A stretch of 64,000 bases of DNA from an uncultured Lachnospiraceae bacterium (GTDB taxonomy: Bacteria > Bacillota > Clostridia > Lachnospirales > Lachnospiraceae). The stretch is taken from assembly GCA_905235275.1 (NCBI GenBank), contig CAJOLA010000002.1, forward strand, positions 2,033-66,032, given 5' to 3'. The notes beneath the pieces are model-generated. The model saw only the letters and a list, made by a program, of their open reading frames with translations, had not been told where the DNA came from and searched no databases. Each line of letters begins with the position of its first letter. The stretch's first letter is position 1. Below are positions 57,092 to 64,000 of this stretch, piece by piece. The position numbers and the translations under genes were made by a program.

Positions 57092-58453
57092 ATGAACGAA
57101 ATGGAAAACATTAACAAAGCAATAGTTATCGGAGCCGGTGTGAGCGGAATCAATGCGGCAAATCTCTTGTCTGCTCATGTCGGAGAAGTGTGCCTCTATG
57201 AGGAGAATCCCAAAGCCGATGTTGAAAAGATTCGCGAAAACCTTGTTGATGAGAGAATTAAAGTAATAGTCGGAGAATTAACGGATGAGGAAATGGAATC
57301 GGCAGTACTTGTGGTTCCGAGTCCGGGAGTATTTCCCGAAAGTGAGATTTTCAGAAGAGCGGTTGATAAAGGCAAAATCATTTGGGGGGAGATTGAACTT
57401 GCATATCGTTTTGAAAAAGGCGAGGTTATCGCAATAACCGGAACTAACGGAAAAACGACGACAACCACTCTGATAGGGGAAATAATTAAAGCGTGGAACG
57501 CAAATACATTTGTTGTGGGAAACATCGGTATTCCGTATACAAGCGAGGTTGAAAAGACCACGACGGATTCCGTGTCCGTAGCTGAGATAAGCAGTTATCA
57601 GCTTGAGACGATGATAACGTTTCATCCGAAAATCGCGGCAATCCTTAACATAACTCCGGATCATCTCGACAGACATCATACGATGGAAGAATATGCAAGA
57701 GTTAAGGAAAGCATATGTAAAAATCAGACCAGGGATGATACGTGTGTATTAAATTATGACGACGAAAGGTTAAGGGATTTTGGGGAGAATCGCTGCCCGT
57801 CAAATGTTGTATGGTACGGAAGATTAAACAGACCGGAAAAAGGATTCTACTTTGAAAATGACGTAATTTTTAAAGTGGATGGCGATGATAAGACGGCGCT
57901 TCTTGATATAAATGATACGAACCTTCTGGGGACTCATAATTATGAAAACATGATGGCGGCATTTGCGGTGGGGGAAGCCGCAGGTGTTCCGAACGATACC
58001 ATTATAAGAGTAATAAAAAATTTCAAGGCCGTTGAACACAGAATAGAATTTGTTAATACGGTTAACGGAGTTGATTATTACAACGACTCAAAGGGAACAA
58101 ACGAAGACGCATCCATCAAGGCAATCGAGGCAATGAGAAAGCCGACGATTCTTATTGCGGGAGGATACGATAAGAACAGTACCTTCGATGAATATGTAAA
58201 AGCATTCGGTGATAAGGTAAAAGAAGTTGTGGTTCTCGGGGCGACGGCAGATAAGATTATCGATACCGCAAAAGCCGCAGGCTTTACGAATGTGGTAAAG
58301 GTAAAAGACCTTGAGGAAGCCGTAAACGTTTGTAAAAAGGATGCAAAAAAAGGCGAATGCGTTTTACTTTCACCCGCATGTGCCAGCTGGGACATGTTTA
58401 CCAATTATGAGGTGAGGGGTCGTAAGTTTAAAGAATATGTAAATGCAAATTGA
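57092..58453 (+). CDS. murD: UDP-N-acetylmuramoyl-L-alanine--D-glutamate ligase
   Basis: N-terminal Rossmann GAGVSG, Mur ligase P-loop GTNGKTTTT, and DSKGTN. Confidence 0.94.
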   Translation: MNEMENINKAIVIGAGVSGINAANLLSAHVGEVCLYEENPKADVEKIRENLVDERIKVIVGELTDEEMESAVLVVPSPGVFPESEIFRRAVDKGKIIWGEIELAYRFEKGEVIAITGTNGKTTTTTLIGEIIKAWNANTFVVGNIGIPYTSEVEKTTTDSVSVAEISSYQLETMITFHPKIAAILNITPDHLDRHHTMEEYARVKESICKNQTRDDTCVLNYDDERLRDFGENRCPSNVVWYGRLNRPEKGFYFENDVIFKVDGDDKTALLDINDTNLLGTHNYENMMAAFAVGEAAGVPNDTIIRVIKNFKAVEHRIEFVNTVNGVDYYNDSKGTNEDASIKAIEAMRKPTILIAGGYDKNSTFDEYVKAFGDKVKEVVVLGATADKIIDTAKAAGFTNVVKVKDLEEAVNVCKKDAKKGECVLLSPACASWDMFTNYEVRGRKFKEYVNAN

Positions 58454-59661
58454 TTAATAACGGAGAAAAAAAGTTGGTTGCAACAGACGTCAGTAAATTT
58501 AAAAAACCAAAGGCAACGAGCACGGTAAAAAAGAGGGATTTTTTAACTTTTGATTATTCACTCTTTTTCATTGTGGTATTTATCATTGCTTTCGGACTGA
58601 TAATGATATACAGCGCAAGTGAATATTCTTCGCAGCAGGCCTTCGGGAATTCCTGGGGGTATTTCAGAAGGCAGCTTTTGTCCGTCGCCATCGGTGCGGT
58701 AGGTATGCTTATTGCGTATGTGCTTGATTATCACATATATAACAGGGGAAAAATTCCGTGGTTTTTGTTTGGCTTTTCTCTGATTTTTATGTTTGCGCTT
58801 TTTACGCCGCTCGGTTTAACGGTAAACGGAGCCAGAAGATGGTTGGATTTAAAGGTTACGACGCTGCAGCCGGCGGAGCTTGTTAAGATTTCGGTAATAA
58901 TTCTTACGGCAAGCCTCATATGCTTAAGCAAAACGAAGTTCGTGGGAGCAAGGAAAATGATAAGGATATTCCTGTGTACCGGAGCTTTCCCTGCACTTCT
59001 CGTATACTTTATAAGTTCAAACTTAAGCAGTGCCATAATTATAGCGTGCATTTCACTGTTTATGACATTTATCGGATATCCGGGATATAAGCCGTACATA
59101 ATCACTGCAATCGTAGTTGCGGTAATATGTGTTTTTGCTTATATGTACGCCAATTCCGCCAGTCCCGATTCCGACAGCTTCCGACTAAACAGATTGGCGG
59201 TGTGGCTGCATCCGGAGGATTACGCCGAAACCACCGGATACCAGACCGTTCAATCTCTGTATGCCATAGGATCCGGAGGGTTCCTCGGTAAGGGTCTTGG
59301 CGGAAGTATGCAAAAGCTTAGCTTCATCCCGGAAGCACAAAACGACATGATATTTGCCGTTATATGTGAGGAGCTTGGAATCTTCGGAGCGATTCTTGTG
59401 GTTTCATTATTCGTTTTCCTCTTATGGAGAATATTTGTGATTGCAAGAAAAGCGCCTGACAGATTCGGAATGCTCATTTGTATGGGTATATTCTTTCACA
59501 TTTCGGTTCAGGTATTCTTAAACATTGCCGTTGCAACCAACCTGATACCGAATACCGGAGTAACGCTTCCGTTCATAAGCTACGGCGGTTCGTCCATTTT
59601 GTTCCTTATGTTCGAGATGGGAATGGTACTCAATGTCTCAAGGCAGATAAAGGAAGAGTAA
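58450..59661 (+). CDS. ftsW: FtsW/RodA/SpoVE family peptidoglycan glycosyltransferase
   Basis: 10-TM SEDS protein with the motifs QPAELVK, PEAQNDMIFAVICEELG and LPFISYGGSS. TTG start overlaps the murD stop. Confidence 0.9.
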   Translation: MINNGEKKLVATDVSKFKKPKATSTVKKRDFLTFDYSLFFIVVFIIAFGLIMIYSASEYSSQQAFGNSWGYFRRQLLSVAIGAVGMLIAYVLDYHIYNRGKIPWFLFGFSLIFMFALFTPLGLTVNGARRWLDLKVTTLQPAELVKISVIILTASLICLSKTKFVGARKMIRIFLCTGAFPALLVYFISSNLSSAIIIACISLFMTFIGYPGYKPYIITAIVVAVICVFAYMYANSASPDSDSFRLNRLAVWLHPEDYAETTGYQTVQSLYAIGSGGFLGKGLGGSMQKLSFIPEAQNDMIFAVICEELGIFGAILVVSLFVFLLWRIFVIARKAPDRFGMLICMGIFFHISVQVFLNIAVATNLIPNTGVTLPFISYGGSSILFLMFEMGMVLNVSRQIKEE

Positions 59662-59663
59662 TA

Positions 59664-60377
59664 ATGACTAAAAAGAAAAGAAGAGGTCTTATTGTACTCC
59701 TCATAATCGAAGCTGCCGTTGCGGTTGCGGTTATGGTGATTTTGTTCGGATTTAAGACGAAGAACGTCATATGCGAGGGAAATACCAGACTTGAGGACTC
59801 TCAGATCTCTGAATACATATTTCAGGGAAAGCTTCCTAATGCCGTGATTTACAAGCTTTTCGGAAATAAAAACAAACATGTTCCTTTTGTGGAAAAGTAT
59901 GATGTAAGCATTGCAAAGCCTGATACTTTAAAGCTTACGATTCACGAGAGAGAGTACTACGGATATTTCAAAATAGAAAATACAAACTTCTATTTTGATA
60001 AGACGGGTACGATTACGGATGTTTCCGAAAGACAGTTGGAGGGTGTCACGCCGGTGGAGGGTGCCGGATTTATTCCGGTGCGTGAAGGGGAAAATATTAC
60101 CTTGGCAAATGAGCAGTTTGGAAAAGGTCTGATGACATTTGCCAATTCATTTTATGAATATAAAATACCTTCAGACAAGATAACATTCGATGATAAAGGC
60201 GATTATGTCCTTAAGATAAAGGATGTTACCGTGCTTTGCGGTCCGGCCGAATATACGGACGAGAAGATGGACCGTCTTTCAAGACTTATACCTGAAATGC
60301 AGGACTTAAAAGGCGTGTTGCATCTTGAAAAATTCGACGGCACGGAAAAAAATGTTTATTTCAATAAAAGTGAATAA
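59664..60377 (+). CDS. ftsQ: cell division protein FtsQ/DivIB (POTRA domain)
   Basis: MTKKKRRG followed by a TM helix and a POTRA-like KNVICEGNTRLEDSQI segment. The ATG at 59664 lies 2 nt after the ftsW stop. The ORF-track start at 59478 lies inside ftsW and is rejected. Confidence 0.7.
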   Translation: MTKKKRRGLIVLLIIEAAVAVAVMVILFGFKTKNVICEGNTRLEDSQISEYIFQGKLPNAVIYKLFGNKNKHVPFVEKYDVSIAKPDTLKLTIHEREYYGYFKIENTNFYFDKTGTITDVSERQLEGVTPVEGAGFIPVREGENITLANEQFGKGLMTFANSFYEYKIPSDKITFDDKGDYVLKIKDVTVLCGPAEYTDEKMDRLSRLIPEMQDLKGVLHLEKFDGTEKNVYFNKSE

Positions 60378-60486
60378 TACGGTTGAAAAATTATTTAAAA
60401 AAATATAGAATATATTAGAATGTATTCAATACAGGAAAAGAACGTTTATATAAAAGACGTATGCAATATAAGGGAGGGCCAGAGCC

Positions 60487-61617
60487 TTGTTGGAAATTAA
60501 TACTAATGATGTGGAACCGGTAGCTAAGATAAAAGTCGTAGGTGTAGGCGGAGCAGGTAATAACGCCGTTAACCGTATGGTTGATGCGGGTGTTATGAGT
60601 GCAGAGCTTATAGGTATCAATACTGACAACCAGGCATTACTCAGCTGTAAAGCACCTTCTACGATTCAGATTGGTGAGAAGCTCACAAAAGGACTTGGAG
60701 CCGGAGCGCAGCCTGAGATTGGAGAAAAGGCTGCGGAAGAGAATCTTGAAGAGATAGCAAAAGCCCTTGAGGGCGCCGACATGGTATTCGTTACATGCGG
60801 TATGGGTGGCGGAACCGGAACGGGTGCTGCTCCGATTATCGCAAGTGTTGCGAAGGGACAGGGTGCTCTTACGGTCGGAGTTGTAACAAAGCCTTTTACA
60901 TTTGAGGGTCGTACAAGACTTGATAATGCGATTGCAGGTATCGAGAAGCTCAGAGACAGCGTTGATACACTTATCGTTATCCCTAATGACAAGCTTCTTG
61001 ACATCGTTGACAAGAGAACATCAATGCCTGAGGCATTAAAGAAGGCTGATGAGGTTCTTCAGCAGTCAGTTCAGGGTATTACGGATCTTATTAACGTACC
61101 TGCCCTTATCAATCTTGACTTTGCAGACGTTCAGACTGTTATGAAGGATATGGGATTTGCTCATATCGGTATCGGTCAGTCATCAGGCGACGAGAAGGCT
61201 TTGGAAGCAGTTCAGCAGGCTGTTACAAGTCCGCTTCTTGAGACTACCATTTCAGGTGCCGCTAACGTTATCATTAACATTTCCGGTAACACATCACTTG
61301 ATGACGTTAACGTGGCTGCAAGCTATGTAAGAGAGATGGCAGGCGAAGAAGCCAATGTTATCTTCGGTGTAATGTTCGATGAGAATGAAGGAGATAACGT
61401 AACCATTACCGTAATCGCAACAGGTATGGACGACAAGGAACTCGGCAAGATCGGAACTTCAAGAAGAGGAATGAGCGCACCTACATCAGCCGGAAGACCG
61501 GTTGCCGCAGCTTCATCCGTAAAGGAAAGTGCTCCTAAGGCTCAGGAAGCACCGAAGTCAAACGCACAGTCAGAAGGTATTCATATTCCGACATTCCTTA
61601 AGAATGGTGATGAATAA
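60487..61617 (+). CDS. ftsZ: cell division GTPase FtsZ
   Basis: [17 protein letters not shown], tubulin signature [10 protein letters not shown] and C-terminal IPTFLK peptide. TTG start after an AAGGGAGGG RBS. Confidence 0.97.
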   Translation: MLEINTNDVEPVAKIKVVGVGGAGNNAVNRMVDAGVMSAELIGINTDNQALLSCKAPSTIQIGEKLTKGLGAGAQPEIGEKAAEENLEEIAKALEGADMVFVTCGMGGGTGTGAAPIIASVAKGQGALTVGVVTKPFTFEGRTRLDNAIAGIEKLRDSVDTLIVIPNDKLLDIVDKRTSMPEALKKADEVLQQSVQGITDLINVPALINLDFADVQTVMKDMGFAHIGIGQSSGDEKALEAVQQAVTSPLLETTISGAANVIINISGNTSLDDVNVAASYVREMAGEEANVIFGVMFDENEGDNVTITVIATGMDDKELGKIGTSRRGMSAPTSAGRPVAAASSVKESAPKAQEAPKSNAQSEGIHIPTFLKNGDE

Positions 61618-61644
61618 TATAACGCGATAGGCGTATATATAAAG

Positions 61645-61680
61645 GACCGTCAAAGATTATTCGTTTTGGCGGTCTTTATT
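61645..61680 (+). terminator. intrinsic terminator after ftsZ
   Basis: GACCGTCAAA/TTTGGCGGTC forms a 10-bp stem with one G-T pair, followed by TTTATTATTT. Confidence 0.6.
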
Positions 61681-61701
61681 ATTTAGAAAGAGATATTTAA
61701 A

Positions 61702-63513
61702 ATGTCAGATAATCGTGAATTTATTCGAAATTTTTGTATAATTGCTCATATCGATCACGGTAAATCCACGCTTGCCGACCGGCTTATCGAGAAGACGCAG
61801 ACGCTTACCGAAAGGGAGATGCAGGCGCAGGTTCTCGATAATATGGATCTTGAGCGTGAACGCGGTATCACGATTAAAGCCCAGACCGTCAGGCTTAAAT
61901 ATAAGGCAAATGACGGGAAAGAATATGTTTTTAATCTGATTGATACTCCGGGGCACGTGGATTTTAACTACGAGGTTTCGCGTTCTCTTGCAGCCTGCGA
62001 GGGAGCGATTCTTGTCGTGGATGCGGCTCAGGGTATTGAAGCGCAGACTCTTGCGAATGTCTATATGGCAATAGACCATAACCTGGAGGTCTTTCCGGTT
62101 ATTAATAAGATTGACCTTCCGAGCGCAGACCCCGAACGCGTAAAAGATGAGATAGAAGACGTGATAGGCATCGAGGCGCATGATGCACCGCTCATTTCCG
62201 CAAAGAACGGCATTAATATTGAAGAGGTTCTTGAGGCCGTTGTGGCAAAGATTCCGGCTCCCGGCGGTGATGAGACGGCTCCGCTTTCGGCGCTGATATT
62301 TGACTCGTTTTATGATTCATATAAAGGTGCCGTCATATTCGTGCGTGTCATGGAAGGAACCGTTAAGAAGGGAACGCGCATCAGGCTTATGGCTACGGGT
62401 GCAGTCGAAGAGGTTGCCGAGGTCGGTACGTTTGGCCCGGGACAGTTTATTCCGACGGGTGAGCTTACGGCGGGAATGGTCGGCTATATAACGGCTGCCA
62501 TCAAGAACGTAAAGGACGTAAGCGTCGGCGATACCGTAACCGAAGATAAGAGACCGTGCGAGAAACCGCTTCCCGGTTACAAAAAGGTAAACCCAATGGT
62601 ATTTTGCGGAATTTATCCTGCGGACGGTGCCAAGTATCAGGATTTAAGAGATGCGCTTGAGAAGCTTCAGTTAAATGATGCCGCGTTGACCTACGAGCCC
62701 GAGAATTCGATTGCGCTCGGATTCGGTTTCAGATGCGGATTCCTCGGTCTTTTGCACCTGGATGTTATCCAGGAGAGACTCGAGAGAGAGTATAACCTTG
62801 ATATCGTAACGACGGCTCCGGGAGTTGTCTATAAGGTTTATAAGACTGACGGCGAGGTCATTGAGCTTACGAATCCGTCGAATCTGCCTGATGTTTCCGA
62901 GATTGCCTACATGGAAGAGCCCGTAGTTAATGCCGAGATTATGGTGACTAAGGAATATGTCGGAACCATTATGGAGCTTTGCCAGCAGAGACGCGGCGTA
63001 TATCACGGTATGGAATATATAGAAGAAAACCGTGCGCTGCTTAAGTATGAGCTTCCTTTGAATGAGATTATTTACGACTTTTTCGATGCCCTAAAGTCAA
63101 GATCCAGAGGTTATGCCTCGTTCGACTATGAGCTTTCGGGCTACAAGGAGTCCAAGCTTTGCAAGCTCGACATTCTTATCAACAGAGAAGAGGTGGATGC
63201 GCTCTCATTTATCGTATTCGCCGGAAATGCCGAGGAACGCGGCAGAAAGATGTGCGAGAAGTTAAAGGAAGAGATTCCCAGACAGCTTTTCGAGGTTCCC
63301 ATTCAGGCCGCCATCGGTAACAGGATAATTGCGCGTGAGACGGTAAGGGCTCTCAGAAAAGACGTGCTTGCGAAGTGCTACGGCGGTGACATTTCGCGTA
63401 AAAAGAAGCTTCTCGAAAAGCAAAAAGAAGGAAAGAAGCGTATGCGTCAGATAGGAAAAGTCAATATTCCTCAAAAAGCCTTCATGAGTGTATTAAAATT
63501 GGATGAAGACTGA
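61702..63513 (+). CDS. lepA: elongation factor 4 (LepA)
   Basis: [21 protein letters not shown]1 motif, 603 aa, and the LepA-specific C-terminal domain ([20 protein letters not shown]). Confidence 0.97.
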   Translation: MSDNREFIRNFCIIAHIDHGKSTLADRLIEKTQTLTEREMQAQVLDNMDLERERGITIKAQTVRLKYKANDGKEYVFNLIDTPGHVDFNYEVSRSLAACEGAILVVDAAQGIEAQTLANVYMAIDHNLEVFPVINKIDLPSADPERVKDEIEDVIGIEAHDAPLISAKNGINIEEVLEAVVAKIPAPGGDETAPLSALIFDSFYDSYKGAVIFVRVMEGTVKKGTRIRLMATGAVEEVAEVGTFGPGQFIPTGELTAGMVGYITAAIKNVKDVSVGDTVTEDKRPCEKPLPGYKKVNPMVFCGIYPADGAKYQDLRDALEKLQLNDAALTYEPENSIALGFGFRCGFLGLLHLDVIQERLEREYNLDIVTTAPGVVYKVYKTDGEVIELTNPSNLPDVSEIAYMEEPVVNAEIMVTKEYVGTIMELCQQRRGVYHGMEYIEENRALLKYELPLNEIIYDFFDALKSRSRGYASFDYELSGYKESKLCKLDILINREEVDALSFIVFAGNAEERGRKMCEKLKEEIPRQLFEVPIQAAIGNRIIARETVRALRKDVLAKCYGGDISRKKKLLEKQKEGKKRMRQIGKVNIPQKAFMSVLKLDED

Positions 63514-63522
63514 TAAAACGCA

Positions 63523-63551
63523 TTGACACGTCATATTTTTTCAACTATAAT
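63523..63551 (+). promoter_or_regulatory. consensus sigma-A promoter upstream of rplM (TTGACA-17-TATAAT)
   Basis: TTGACA at 63523-63528, an exact 17-nt spacer and TATAAT at 63546-63551. A roughly 125-nt structured leader follows. Confidence 0.75.
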
Positions 63552-63677
63552 GATTAACCGTGGCATGTAAAAGGTCACGGTTATATTTTTGTCGCCCTGT
63601 CTGCCCATTAGCCCCGGGAACAGGCGATAAAGCAACAATAAGACATTTTTTTTCGTTTTAACGGAGGAATTATATAA

Positions 63678-64000
63678 ATGAAGACAACAATGGCAAATGC
63701 ATCAACCATTACAAGAAAATGGTATGTGGTTGACGCATCACAGTATACCTTGGGACGTCTTGCGTCACAGGTTGCTTCCATCTTAAGAGGAAAGCACAAG
63801 CCTGAGTACACACCTTATGTTGACTGTGGTGATTATGTTATCGTAATTAACGCAAAAGACGTTAAGCTTACAGGTAACAAGCTTGATCAGAAGACATACT
63901 TCAGACATTCAGGTTACATCGGAGGCGCTAAGGAAGTTCCCATTAAAGAGATGCTTGAGAAGCATCCCGAGAGAGTTTTCGAGCATGCCGTTAAGGGAAT
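63678..64000 (+). CDS. rplM: 50S ribosomal protein L13 (3' end outside the window)
   Basis: Read by hand. The ATG at 63678 follows ACGGAGG. The translation [46 protein letters not shown] is canonical L13, and the frame is open to the window end. Confidence 0.92.
   Translation, partial: MKTTMANASTITRKWYVVDASQYTLGRLASQVASILRGKHKPEYTPYVDCGDYVIVINAKDVKLTGNKLDQKTYFRHSGYIGGAKEVPIKEMLEKHPERVFEHAVKG

Noticed and set aside
59478-59663. An upstream extension of the ftsQ-like ORF, from the ORF-track start at 59478.
   Set aside because: The extension overlaps the 3' end of ftsW in another frame and encodes a Cys/His/Arg-rich nonsense-like peptide. The ATG at 59664 gives the canonical basic-N-terminus plus TM architecture.

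Overview
The window looks like a low-GC Gram-positive (Clostridia, Lachnospiraceae-like) chromosome, about 43% GC by eye. It is mostly core genome with three accessory stretches.

Layout:
- 1-3.3 kb: the 3' end of an Fe-alcohol dehydrogenase gene and four small membrane or lipoprotein genes.
- 3.4-19.1 kb: the complete S10-spc-alpha ribosomal protein superoperon, rpsJ to rplQ. It includes secY, adk, infA, rpmJ (absent from the ORF track) and rpoA.
- 19.2-22.4 kb: the ECF transporter energizing module ecfA1-ecfA2-ecfT, then truA.
- 22.5-40.1 kb: an accessory block.
  - A 12-bp minisatellite, a zinc-ribbon membrane protein, an ACT-domain protein, a Na+/solute symporter, a BspA-type LRR protein and a DUF368 protein.
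  - An orphan 706-aa polytopic membrane protein, lgt and a FliB-like Cys-rich protein.
  - A VTC-domain / DUF4956 / beta-helix lipoprotein operon, divergent from an OmpR-type two-component system.
  - A six-gene tRNA operon (Pro-Gly-Arg-His-Gln-Lys) with about 400 bp of structured tandem repeats before tRNA-Lys.
  - An alpha/beta hydrolase gene.
- 40.2-45.2 kb: a TPP-riboswitch-controlled thiC-thiD-thiS-thiG-thiH-thiF operon.
- 45.3-47.8 kb: an ArsR-type repressor, an HMA metallochaperone and a P1B-type heavy-metal ATPase.
- 47.9-50.1 kb: a TetR regulator and a radical SAM/SPASM enzyme.
- 50.1-51.6 kb: an IS3-family element inserted in a terminator hairpin.
- 51.7-52.8 kb: ychF.
- 53.1-61.6 kb: a compact dcw cluster, mraZ-rsmH-ftsL-pbp-murD-ftsW-ftsQ-ftsZ.
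- 61.7-64.0 kb: lepA and the 5' part of rplM.

I found no CRISPR array, rRNA gene, prophage or recognisable defence island. The two best candidates for uncharacterised biology are the VTC-like/DUF4956/beta-helix lipoprotein operon with its two-component system, and the covarying hairpin-repeat array inside the tRNA operon. All calls rest on reading the translations and nucleotide patterns by eye. No database search was run.
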